Assembly (NCBI RefSeq): GCF_009914755.1
Contig: NC_060931.1
Source of the DNA: the human T2T-CHM13v2.0 reference genome, Homo sapiens
Length of the DNA stretch: 64,000 bases
Strand: one strand, 5' to 3'
In this document: positions 1 through 19,964 of the stretch, piece after piece
Layout of the letters: every line of letters starts with the position of its first letter
How positions within the stretch are numbered: the first letter of the stretch is position 1
Translations under genes and position numbers: made by a program
The notes under the pieces: generated by a model
Database searches by the model: none
Seen by the model: only the letters and a program-made list of their open reading frames with translations
What the model was told of the DNA's origin: nothing

Positions 1-2635
<2,635 letters not shown>

Positions 2636-2789
2636 ATTTGATTTATTTTTCTACATGAAAAAATTTGTCTTTTAGGAAGTTAAGGATTTTTTAAAAACCT
2701 TCATTGTGTCTTTTTAGCTTACAACATAAGGTTCAAAATTCTTAGTATGAAATTTTTAAATTATTCTCATTTTTTCTCAATAGTCTTGC

Positions 2790-3005
2790 AATTTCACATT
2801 CCATATTTCAACCACACTGAGAAATTTGCCATTCTCCCAACATATCATTCTCCTTAATGCTTCAGTATCTGCGCTCATATTGTTCTTTCTACTAGCAGCA
2901 CCCTTTTTTATTGAATTTGATCTCAGTCTTCTAAGCCATAGGACCAAGAAAGCACCTAGCACATAGCAAATGGTCAATAAATATGTGTTGCATGTATGAA
3001 TAAAT
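2790..3005 (+). mobile_element. L2 LINE 3' fragment
   Basis: Ends in the L2 terminal motif cctagcacatagcaaatggtcaataaatatgtgttg...atgaataaat. Confidence 0.55.
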
Positions 3006-4834
3006 TTGATCATACTTAATTTATTTTTGTTTTACATTTTCTAAATTGGAATCATAATTTATGCCTTGAGTACTTCACAGGCAAATTCAAGAAGGTTTTG
3101 TTAAAATTGATTAATTAAAATTTATGTCTTAATTAGCCTAACGTAGTGAACTTGTTCCATAAAACACAGATAGAACAGGAGCCAAAAATACTATGGGAAA
3201 ATCATTAGAAAGTTGTTCTTAATAAATCAAAACAAAGGTAATTGAAGTGAAATGCAGGGTTCTAAACAACAGATACATTCTCAAAATATGACTTTCAGTA
3301 CATTTCACAAAATAACTAAGTTTTCCCGCTACCCCTTTATGTTCCTGTCACTTTTAAAAATGATCTTTTGAGCTTTATTTGTAGCACAGCAAGTCTCAGA
3401 GAGTTGGAGAAGGGAAAAAATGCTTTAATCTTCATCTTTTTCCCTCTTATAGATTTATAGGTGGAAAGTTTTCTTAAAAGAAACAATGTATACACCACCT
3501 ACCATCAGATCAGGAAAACAAAACAAGCGTTTAATTAACTGTCTTAGACAGAACATTGGAAAGGCCAACTCCAATTCTGTCTACCTATTCCCCAGCTTTG
3601 GGACAAATGTTGCCTTTATACTGCCCTCTTGTTTTCTCACAGTGTTTGTAATGCACGGAAAAAAAAATACTATTACATTGATTTTCAAATGCTATGTAGC
3701 TGCAGTTTTAAAAATAAACAGTTGTTTTTTGTAATCTTCAAAAATGCTTTAACTGATTAAAAGACTACTTCTCACATATAGATAATTATAAAAACATGTA
3801 ATCAATTTTTATAACAAACCTAAGCACTATGTCATCATAAAAATGCACAACCCTTCAAAAGTAGTTTTGAGGATTTTTTACTAAAACCAGATTCTGAAAC
3901 AAAAAATTAACTTCAAAAGACAGACTAAAGCAATGACCTCATGCTACTCACTACAAAGAGGCAACAGTAGACAATAGGGTCATCAAAATGAAAACCATGC
4001 CAAGCTAAATGAAAGGAAGACAATAAGCTTTCTTTCTTTCAAAAAAATGGTTTCATCAGCATTTCTAATGACATCTCAAGGGTTATAGATGAAAGGTAGA
4101 CCAAATAGCTAGGTGGAGTTGTTGGTTAAATGTTTTATTTTGTTACAATTAATTTTCAAGTTAAAATTACTTAAAGTGGTCAAGTTCTAATTAAATATTA
4201 AAATTTTATTCAGTTATAGCCAACTTATAAATATTTACTGCTAGAAGCTTACAAACAACATGCTCAGTTTAATATTTTCCATTTGCAAAGTATGACACAA
4301 TTGAAGAAACAAATGGGACCCAATTCATTATTTCTGGAGTATTATTTTATATTTATGAAGCTTGTTTTATAACTATCACCTTGATGTCTAGCACATATTA
4401 AGAGCTCAAATACTTAATGTTTTATTGATGTGCCATTGCATGGCAGATCTCCTGAGTGGTAGATTTAAATTTGCTCCCAAACTTCAATTTAATTCTCATT
4501 TCCTAGGCCATCAGCATTTCCAATAAACAAAACAAGGCTTTGGCATTTCTCTAAATAACGATAAAATGAGTTTACATGTTTGGAAAAGTTATTTTTCTGC
4601 ATCAATAATGTTACACATTAATCTCAATAAGAGATTTTTTTCTTTTTCTCAAGTCAGTAGCCACATTCTGCTTTTTCTGTTTCAGATAACAGTCTTTCAA
4701 ATTCGCGTCTTGGCCACAAAGAGTAGACATACTAAAAATCCATTCTTAATGCACTCTTCCCCTGTGACTGATGACTATTCCACAACCTCTCATCTCTACC
4801 AAAATCGGCAGCACTATCTCCCTGCTTCATTCTT

Positions 4835-5253
4835 TTTTTTTTCTTTTTATTTTATTTTATTTTCTTTTTCTTTTTTTTTATTATACTTTAAGTTTTAGGG
4901 TACATGTGCACATTGTGCAGGTTAGTTACATATGTATACATGTGCCATGCTGGTGCGCTGCACCCACTAACTCGTCATCTAGCATTAGGTATATCTCCCA
5001 GTGCTATCCCTCCCCCCTCCCCCCACCCCACCACAGTCCCCAGAGTGTGATATTCCCCTTCCTGTGTCCATGCGATCTCATTGTTCAATTCCCACCTATG
5101 AGTGAGAATATGCGGTGTTTGGTTTTTTGTTCTTGTGATAGTTTACTGAGAATGATGATTTCCAATTTCATCCATGTCCCTACAAAGGACATGAACTCAT
5201 CATTTTTTATGGCTGCATAGTATTCCATGGTGTATATGTGCCACATTTTCTTA
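4835..5253 (-). mobile_element. Short 5'-truncated L1PA2 (ORF2 end + 3' UTR + poly-A)
   Basis: Perfect 17-bp TSD ctccctgcttcattctt at 4818-4834 and 5254-5270, a T-rich tail and an endonuclease-type site TT/AAGA on the minus strand. It has GAG rather than ACA/ACG at the Ta-diagnostic site and cttaaagtataa, so L1PA2 rather than L1HS-Ta. Confidence 0.93.
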
Positions 5254-5399
5254 CTCCCTGCTTCATTCTTAACTGGTGACATTTTTCCTATTTAAGTGAG
5301 AAAATACACATAATGATCCTTAGAAGACATGTTCCCCAAACTCCCAACACCATGTAACTGACCTGCTTACTTTTGTACTTATCTCTTTTAACTGCAGTC

Positions 5400-6588
5400 T
5401 AATATTATGAAAAAGTTTGTGTATCCATCTAGAGTCTTATATCAACTCTTCCACTTGCAGTTCTTCCCTTCTCATTTACTTATTCAGGTTTCCCTTGTAG
5501 GACATCACTCTACCCTGACTTTCCTCCATTGTTGCTAACCACTCTTTTTCAGTCTCACTGTGGATTCCTTCACATCTCCCATCCTCCAAATATTGGAAGT
5601 GTTCTTGGGCTCAAGCCATGGTGTCCTCTCACTTCTATCCTTATTTATCCTTAGTAATCTCTTCTGTTCTCAGTGAGACAGAGAATAGAAAACTCTCAAA
5701 TGTGTAGCTCTGAAATGAATTTGTCTCCTGATTCCAGATTTTATGTAAGTCAACAGACTTGCATCTGTATTTGGACGTCTAATAGGCATCTGAAAATTAT
5801 CTAGACCTTACTCTTGATCTTTCTTCTCAAAAACCTGTTTTTCTTCAAGTCTTTCCATTCCAAGGAAGTGGAAAGTTCAGCCTTCCAGCTTCTCTGGCCA
5901 AAAACTCCATCTTCTCTTTTTCTTTCTCATTACACATGAAATCAGGAAAACATGTTTCTCTACTTTAAAAATTTAGCAATTTCCAATCACCTTGTTAACA
6001 CCCAGAAATACTGTAATAGCTTTATAACCAATCTACCTGCTTCTGCCCTTGTACATCTCACTTTTAATCTATTCCCAAAAGAGTAGTCAACTTATTCTTA
6101 TGATTGGGTCAAAACCCTCCAGCTCTTTTCCATATCACTCAAAGTAGAAATCAAAATGGATAATGATCTGGTGCTTCCTGCTGCTTTCTTTGAATCCAGT
6201 GCTGGCTAGACACATCAACCTTCTAGCTACTCTGTCCTCCAGGCTCTTGCACTTGTAGTTCTCTTTGGCTTGAACATTCTGGCCACAGATATCTACACAG
6301 TTTATTCCCCTCTCTATTTCAGATCTCTGATCCAATTCCATCTTTCTTAATATAGTCTTTTATACCTATTAAATTTGCAATCTCTTTCTTTGCCATTTCA
6401 CATTTCTCATTTCCAACCATTTTAAGTAGATTTTATTGTGTTATGCTAGATATTTTACTTATGAACTTTTTATTTTCTCCCTACAAGAAAGTGAGCTATA
6501 GGAGGATAAAGACTTTTCTTTATCCCACTTATGAATATATCCCCATCGCCTAGAAATGTTACCTGCACCTACTAGGCATTCTAAAGTG
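5400..6588 (+). mobile_element. L2a LINE 3' portion, highly diverged
   Basis: CT-rich L2-type motifs (gcatctgtatttggacgtctaataggcatctgaaaat) and terminal atatccccatcgcctagaaatgttacctgcacctactaggc. Confidence 0.65.
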
Positions 6589-6603
6589 CAAAACCTCTTG
6601 GAT

Positions 6604-7040
6604 TTGCAAAGACATGGAATCAACCCAAACGCCCATCAGTGATAGACTAGATAAAAAAATGTGGTACATAAACACCATGGAATACTATGCAGCCATAAAA
6701 AGGAATGAGAGCGTGTTCTTTGCAGGGACACGAATGGATCTGGAAGCCATTATCCTTAGCAAACTAACACAGGAACAGAAAACCAAACACCATATATTTT
6801 CATGTATAAGTGGGAGATGAAAAATGAGAACACATGGACACAGGGAGAGAAAATAACACACACTGTGGCCTGTGGCAAGGGTGTGAGGGTAGGGAGAGCA
6901 TCAGGAAAAATAGGTAATGCATGCTGGGCTTAGTACTTAGGTGATGGGTTGATAGGTGCAACAAAACACCATGGCACGTGGTTACCTATGGAACAAACCT
7001 GCACATCCTGCACATGTACCCTGGAACTTAAAATAAAAAT
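6604..7040 (+). mobile_element. L1PA (approx. L1PA11-L1PA13) 3' fragment
   Basis: ORF 6614-6820 is the ORF2 C-terminus ([14 protein letters not shown]). The 3' UTR reads ggagagcatcaggaaaaataggtaatgcatgctgggc...ggaacttaaaataaaa. Confidence 0.88.
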
Positions 7041-8025
7041 TACTCCATGTGCAGTTATATAGGTAAAAGACCCCTTGGATATACACACATGTAGTATATA
7101 TAAGTTTAGTGTTACACTGGTTCAGAATAAAAAGTCTCAGAGACTATACTTTGTTTTATAAGGGGTTCACTAAAATATAAACAAAAATAATTTCAAATGT
7201 ACAATATAATATGTGTTTATTTGGGAGACTACAGTGGACTTCTGAGATAAATTATGAGATAAATTGAAAATATATTTTAAAATGCTATTTTATGCATGTT
7301 TCAAAGGGAACATTTAACTATGTCTGTGACAATCAAAATAAAATCATAAAAAATTCAGTAAATGTAATTGAGTTTTGCTTTCTTTGAAAGTATATTTGTT
7401 AATAATCACAATACCTCTTTAATGGATATTTGACTACATTTTAAATAACATTAAAATTAATTTCCTAGCATTAAAATGTTTGTCAACTATATCATTTTAA
7501 ACTTAATCATATATTTGTACTTAGTATGACTCTAGAGGTATTCTGTAGTCTTTTTATCACTTTAATCTACTAAACAATGTAGACAGTATACTGTATATCA
7601 CCAAGAAGTGTTCACAAGTTGTTTTTTCCCTCCTTCTGAAAAATATTATGTCTGTGTTTTAGTGTATATGTTTGTGTCTTTTGGGCTATAGGTGTACATC
7701 TGGAATTTGCTAGCATTAGCACACAGAAATGTACACTCAAGTGATTTGAAGCAACTTTGGTCTGTTGTCAAATTTAATAGACATTTTCAGTTTATTATGT
7801 ATACAAATATTTATTATATATAAATATATACAAAAATATAAAATATATAAACACATAAATATAAAATGTTATATATAGATACAAAATTTTACATACACAC
7901 AGAAGAGAAATTCCTCAAATGCAGAGCTAATGCACCAATAAACAAACATTTGTGAGTATATTTAGCTTATTAGTCATATCTGATGCTAAGATCTACCATC
8001 AAAAACATCTAAAGGAGTTTTTTTC

Positions 8026-11642
<3,617 letters not shown>

Positions 11643-12401
11643 TAATGTCTGTAACATTAAGTCTAATCTTTGTTCTACCATCAGTGTTTTGTAGTAAATT
11701 TCAAAAATATCATGACCATCTGCACCATTCTTTCACTTCATGATTGATGTTGAAAATTTAACAGCATAATTGTATTCTGAAAAGGTAGTCATATCATATA
11801 TCCTGTTGTTCATGGATTTATATTGTGGAATGCATTACTTTAAGGTATTCTTCTTTAAGACCTGTATATAATTATGATTGCTATAGATGATAAGTTGGCA
11901 TGGTTATAAATTTATTATCAAAGTTGGGTTTAAAATATTAATTAATAATCTTTTATTTTGGCTCCCAGGGGAGAAAAAACCAATAGCTCTGTATTAATTA
12001 TTTTATGAGAGAGTCTTACAAATTTTGAAGAACTGCATTTTCATCAGCATTTTCTCAAATGATGTGAAAACATTTAAAGGTTACTAACTAGTGCTACATT
12101 GCAGTAGAACCCATAAGAAATTATATGTCTGATATTAACATGAATTTATTTCAACCAGAATAATTTAGGATGATTTGTAAAAATTCATAAAATTAGGAGT
12201 TTTTTAGATAATACAATTAAAAATGTAAAATAATAAAAACAACTATCGTTTCTGCTCTATATGATGTTTATAAGCCTAGATTACTACACAACTCTCTGCT
12301 TGAAGCATATGGCAAAGTCAAGTATAATATGAATATGGATAACAACAAAAAGTGCCATGGCAAGAATCAAAATGAAATAAATATCTCTGTAGACTTTATA
12401 A

Positions 12402-12453
12402 ACAAGGTCTTTCTGTGTTGCCCAGACTGAAGTGTAGTGGTTGGATCATTGTC
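12402..12453 (-). mobile_element. Alu 3'-arm fragment (~50 bp, old)
   Basis: acaaggtctttctgtgttgcccagactgaagtgtagtggttggatcat matches the antisense Alu 3' end. Confidence 0.6.
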
Positions 12454-12663
12454 TATAGACTATAAACAGGTAAGAAACCCAAAGTAAGATATAGTATTAA
12501 TGGGCTCTGGATCTAAAAGCAAGCAAAAGTACTTCCAGAATTGTAAAGTAAAGGATAATAAATATAATCCACTCAGACAGAGTCCAAAAGTCTCAGCTTA
12601 ACATGTGGCCCTGGGGTAGGCTTTCCCACAGTAGAAAGAAGAGAGCCTAAAACAATGTAACCT

Positions 12664-12984
<321 letters not shown>

Positions 12985-13234
12985 CTATGGAAGCTACCAA
13001 ATTCATGACTATGAAATGACACATGTGCCTATGGTATTGCAAATATCATCAACACAGAGAGGCTAATTACTACCTAAGACATGATTTGGATGGAGGCCCC
13101 AAGGACAGGTAATTTAAAAACTTATTTTAAAAAAGTTGACAAAAATAACAAAACAACAACAGCAAAAAAAGACTTTCCACTCAACGTGAACCTCAAAATA
13201 AAATGCCAAAACAAGTAAGAAATCAAATAATAAA

Positions 13235-13725
13235 TGTGATGGGCTGAATAATACCCCCTCTCCTCTTAAACAGGAGGTCCTAATCTCTGCAATCTGTATA
13301 TGCTATCTTATTTGGAAAAATGGTCTTTGCTGCTGTGATCAAAATGTGTGTCTTGAGGGGGTACGATTAACCTGGATTCAAGGGGGTTGTAAATAAAGTA
13401 AAATATGTCCTTATAATAAGAGGCAGAGGGATATTTGATGATACACAGAAGAGCCTCTTTTCTGGTGCGATCATGGAGGCAGACACTGGAGTGATGCAGT
13501 CACAAGCCAGGGAATGCCAGCAGCCACCAGAACCTCTAAGAGGCAAGACCCAGAGTTTCCCCTAGACCCTCTGAAGGAAGCGTGGCCCTGCCAATATCTT
13601 GATTTGAGCCCAGTGAAACTAATTTTATAATCCTGGCTGCCAGAACTTTGAAAGAATAAATTTCTGTTGTTTTAAGCTACCAAGTTTGTAGTGATATGTT
13701 ATATCAGCCATAGGAAATTAATACA
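13235..13725 (+). mobile_element. MLT1C/D-like MaLR solo LTR
   Basis: TG...CA termini (tgtgatgggctgaat ... ggaaattaataca), gccacaagcca/gccaccagaa-type core, aataaa signal, 5-bp TSD ataaa/ataag. Confidence 0.88.
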
Positions 13726-14192
13726 ATAAGAGATACAGCTAAGAAAACCAATCAGAACATGAAATTAAATAAAATTAATTGTCTCCATAATGAATTCATA
13801 CTCTGAAAAGACAAAAATTTGAAATATGTTCAGGATACTTTAAACATTCGATAAATTAACAACAGAAGGTCCTGAAAGTAATCCCAATGTTGTCATAAAA
13901 ATTATTTTATAAAAAAAGAAAATTAAAATATTCAAGAAGAATCTCTAAAACTGACACTACTGAAGGAAATATTAATAAATTAAAATGTGGTATTGAGAAG
14001 CATTAAAAAAAGAGATGAAAGTTTTGTAAAAAACAGTTAAGCATCAGGTGGTTCCAATGATCACATAATACTTGGTATCACACGTATGCTTGCAGTAAAA
14101 AAACTATAAATGTGTATGTGTATTAGAGCCCATTAACACTATATCTTGCTTTGTGTTTCTGATGTATTTATAGTGTGTGGACTACAAATGAG

Positions 14193-14233
14193 CCACTGCA
14201 CTCCAGCCTGGGTGACACAGCAAGAACCTGTCT
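14193..14233 (+). mobile_element. Alu 3'-end fragment
   Basis: ccactgcactccagcctgggtgacacagcaagaacctgtct. Confidence 0.65.
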
Positions 14234-15436
14234 ATATAATCTGCAGGGCTATTTATTTCATTTGATCCCTGCTGTGTCACTTTTTGTTGTTACTATTTAT
14301 ATTCACATTGTACTCGGCTTTGCCATGTGTTTAAATCAGAGTGTTGTGTCATGATTTCAGCTTATAATATATCATCTAGACCAGAAATTATAATTGTTTT
14401 TATTATTTTATATTTTTAATTTTATTAACTAAAAATTCCCTAATATTATGAATTTATACAAATTATCCTATATATACATACATATACAGTTGACCCTAGG
14501 TAGCATAGATTAGCATTGCATGGGGCCACTTATACATAGATTTTTTTCAGTAAATTTATTGAAACATTTTTGGAGACTTTTGATGGTTTAAAAAACTTCA
14601 AGTCTCAGACATACTATGTAACTTAGAAATATCAAAAAGGTTAAGAAAAAGTTAGATATGTCATAAATGCATAAAATACAAGGAGATACTTGTCTATTTT
14701 ATCATTTACTGCCATAAAATATACACAAATCTGTTATAAAATGTAAAAATTTATCAAAATGTACACACACAGACCATACATAGCCCCATTCACAGTTGAG
14801 GTAAATGTAAACAAACACAAAGATGCATTATTAAATCATAACTGAATAAAAGTGACCGTAGTACATACTATATTGCTGTAATAATTTTATAGCAACTTCC
14901 TGTTGCTATTGCAGTGAGCACAAATATTGTAAGTATCCACTTAAAAATGCCTTGTGATGCTGATCATCTTCATGTGGGAAGTTCATCTCTCCAATTGCCT
15001 ATTGCAGTAAAAAACGATATCTCTCAGTTCTCACATATTTTTATTGTGTTCAGTGCTGTACCTTGAGTAACCATGGGACCCATATGAAGTAGCACTAGTG
15101 ATGCCAAAAGTGCTCTGCAAAGGAAAAATCATGATATTATAGGAAAAATTTGAATTGCTTGACATGTACCATAGATTGAGGTCTGCAGCGTGGTTGCCCA
15201 CTATTTGATGATAAATGAACACAGCATAAGGACCGCTGTAAAAAAAGAAAGAAAGAAAAGGAAACTCACAAAGCCATCATTGCAGCTACCTCATCAGCTG
15301 GAGAAACCTTGCAGTTTTTGTGAACTACCATTTTTATCTCCTCTGGAAAGTGCAACTTTTATGTGGGGGCAGGATTGCTATAAGAAAGGCACATCTGTAG
15401 ACTCTAACAGGATTTGGAAAAAAAATAAAGTTATTA

Positions 15437-15935
<499 letters not shown>

Positions 15936-15947
15936 AAGAAGAAAATA

Positions 15948-16336
<389 letters not shown>

Positions 16337-16965
16337 TCAGACAAAAGTGCCCTATTTTAGAAAAAAAAAGCCACAAAGGACAATTATTAGTAAGAAAGAG
16401 AAATGAGTACCAGAATTTAAGATAAGAAGGAATAAGTTTACTTTTCTGTGCAAATGCAGTTGGGTTTGTAATCAGGACTTCCCTTATCCACAATGCTTTT
16501 AAACCTCAAGTCTTGAAAGAAAAGATAGACACCAGCTGCCAGTTTTTGTTTTACAAGAAAACCTGGACAAAGCCTCCACCTCTTTTGCCTCTGTCACCCT
16601 GAGACAGCAATACCAATCCCTCTTCTTCTTCCTTCTCCTCAGCCTACTCAATATGGGCACAATGAGGATGAAGATTTTTATGATGATCCAATTCCACTTA
16701 ATGAACACTTTTTCTGGATTGGTTCAATCAGTGTTTTCTCCCTGAAGTCAGGAAGGTGTTTCCACTAAGAGACTACATTTCTAAAGTTCTTTTGATGTTG
16801 AAAAATGCCCCTGGCTTCCCAGAATCCCATGAATTCAGCAACTAAGGTGTTGAGGTGGTCTGCTTGTCCTCAAATACAGTGTCTCTTCTGTAGCCTCTAA
16901 ATCGGGACTTTAGGACTTTATCATTAGGACTTTAAGGCTCATTACACACAATCCTCTATGGAAAG

Positions 16966-17020
16966 GACAAAGTGCAATTCTGTCTCAAAAGAAAAGAAGA
17001 AGAAGAAGAAAAGAAAAAAG
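16966..17020 (+). mobile_element. Severely 5'-truncated Alu terminus with GAA-rich tail inside Tigger2
   Basis: gacaaagtgcaattctgtctcaaaagaaaagaagaag... interrupts Tigger2 ctatggaaagg|ctgtcaac. Confidence 0.55.
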
Positions 17021-18049
17021 CTGTCAACAGTATGAAAGATAAACCTGAAAGTGAGAACAACATGAAAGTCTGAAAGAATTATATCATTGAAGATGCCATC
17101 ATTGTTATAGAAAAAGCTGTGAAAGCCACCAAGCCTGAAACAATTAATTACTACTGGAGAAAACTGCTGAAATATTGTGCATGACTTCATAGGATTTACA
17201 ACAGAGCCAGTCAAGAAATGACAAAATAGACTGTGAATATGGCAAAATACGGAGTCGGTGAGGTTTTCAAGATATCGATCCTGGGGAAATTCAATAGCTA
17301 ACAGATACCAATGAGAGGAGTTAACAGAAGACAACTTGCTGAAGATGAATGCTTCCAAGCTAATGCTGGACAATGAGGAAGAAGACATAGAAGAAGCAGT
17401 GCCAGAAAAAGAATGACCTTAGACAATCTGTCTGAAGGGCTCTGATTATTCAAGACCACTTTTGTGACATGGGCCCTTCTATCATATGAGCATTGAAACT
17501 AAAGAAAATGGCAGAAATATTGATACTAAATAAAAATATTTTTTAGAGCAATTGAGAAAGCAAAATATAGACAGAAATACAATGTATTTCCATAAATTTA
17601 CACTAGGTGTTCCGGTCTCTCCTGCCTCCCCTTCCACCTTCTCCACTTCTTTTGCCTCTGTCACATTGAGATAGCAATGCCGACCCCTCCTTTTCCTCCT
17701 TCTCAGCCTACTCAATATGGACACAATGAGGATGAAGATTTTTATGGTGATCCACTTCCACTTAATGAATAGTAAATATATTTTATTTTTCTTATAATTT
17801 TCTTGATAACAGTTTATTTTTCCAGCTTTAAGAATATAATACATACTATATATGACATACAAAATATGTGTTAATGAATGTTTATATTATTTGTAAGGCT
17901 TCTGGTAAAGAGTAGGCTATTAGTAGTTATGTTTTTGGGGAATCAGAAGTTATACTCAGCATGGGGTTGGTACCCCTAACCCCTGCATTTTTCCATGGCC
18001 AACTATATATATACATATGTATACATACACGTGCACACACACGTATGTA

Positions 18050-19964
18050 TGTATTCAGACATTAGAGAGCTCAAGGCTATTGTCTTTGTGAGAAAGGAGG
18101 TAAGTGACATGAATCTCAAATTTTCTCAGATTTTCTCCCTGAAGTCATTTTCTGAAGGTTGTGGTGCCAAAAAATAAAGCTAACTCTAGCAGCAACAATC
18201 TTGCAGGGTGTCAGAGACTAATAGTAAATTTCTGGACTATTAAATAAACTAATGGTTAACGGATAAACTATTTGTTGGGGGCACCTAAAGAAAACTCTAG
18301 AAGACTGGATAGGATAGATATTTCCCTCAGGCCTTGGCTAACTTTTGAGTTGCTCACAAATGTAGTGAGATTCCATAGTACTAGATAAAACAGTCAGACT
18401 AGGAGGCTGAGAAATGAGTAAAAGTTACACAATGCTGAGGAGACACTAAAATTTGGATCCAGCCAAAGGGAGAAACCTCAGTGAACACTGGGCATTTATG
18501 TGCAAACTCAGAAAAAAAATCTTGAAATAAGATCAAATATCTAGCAGTAAGAACAATGCTAAAATAAGCTTTCCCTAACAAAGCCTAAAACTAAGTCTCA
18601 ACAGCATCAAAGTATTTCAGATAATTTAATAGATTTTCAGGAAAAAAAAAACCACATACCACTTTCTAGCAAAAGATAAATATCCAGAGCCTGTACAGTA
18701 TATCATTACAATGTTCAGCATACCATCAAAATTACTAGATATGCAAAGAATACAACCAAAGATGATCTAGATATTACAGTTAACAGATAAGGGCTTCAAA
18801 ATAATTATGCTTAATGAGTTGAAAAAAGAAAAATATGAGTAAAATCTATGTATGAAAGTGTAGTAATTTACACAGCAGAAGGTAAGAATACTGTATTTAA
18901 ATAGAAAATGTTTATTGTGACGCATAAAGAGAAAAAAATGGAAAGAACCGATAAGAATATGAAAATGTGGGTAGAACACAGTCAGAAGATCTAACAGATA
19001 TATAAGGAGTTCCAGAAAGAAAGAAGAGAGAGAAAGGGACAGAATTAATATCTGAAGAAATAGTAGCTGAGAATTTTTCAAATCTGATAAAATATATTAT
19101 CTCATGGATTCAAGCAACTAAGCAAACCATCAAAACAATAAATACAGCAAAAACTACAACTAAGCACAAAAGAACACAGCTGACAAGATCTACGAAAAAG
19201 AGAAGACCTTATAAGACAGGTTACTTTTAACGATGCAATAATCAACAATAAAGCTTTTGGCTTACTTTCTAGCAGTAAACATAAAATAATGGAAACACAT
19301 CTTTAAAATGTTGAAAGAACAAATAATTGTCAACCATAATTTGACACTCAGATGAATCCTTCAAAAATATTGTAAAAATAATTACATTTCAAGAAAACAA
19401 AAAAATAAGACTGAAGGGATTTTCGGCAGCCCACATGTGCATAAAAATACTAAAGGGAATGATTCAGGATAAAGGTTAATTATGGCATGTAGATGCATGA
19501 ACATGTAGAAAAAAGCGAAGAACATCAGAAAGGGTAAATATATTGGTAAATATAAAAGATGATTGACTTTTGAAGAAGGAACAATAAAATATATTTTTGT
19601 ATCTCTAAAGTATGATAATAATAGGTCAATGAGAAGAAATAGAGTTTCATTATGGAAAAGCAAAATATTATTAAAAGTTTCTTGCATTGTTTTTAGAAGT
19701 GATAAAAATGCTAACATATGGTAGACCATAATAAGTTAAGAGTGCATACTTTAATCTCTAGTGTGAATACTAAAAGAATAATGAAACAAGACACAAATTA
19801 AAAGAAAATAGAGGAGGTAAAATGTAACGATAAAATGATTTGGTTAATCTATTACAATGGTAAGAAATGAAGAATGAAGAAACAAAACAGGTAGAAGAAA
19901 TTTTAAATATTAGCAAAGTAGTAGCCATAAACTCAACTGCAGTTGTCGTTACGTTAAATATAAT
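18050..19964 (+). mobile_element. Ancient L1M (5' region/ORF1 up to the ORF2 start)
   Basis: A-rich ORF1-like motifs (aaaattactagatatgcaaagaa, ggagttccagaaagaaagaagagagag, tagctgagaatttttcaaatctgat), ending in an ORF2-start-like gttacgttaaatataatgg. Confidence 0.65.

Noticed and set aside
16499-17862. Two similar ORFs (..ILSRLRRRK..) as paralogous peptides
   Set aside because: Antisense readings of the duplicated Tigger2 segment, already reported as a DNA-level finding.
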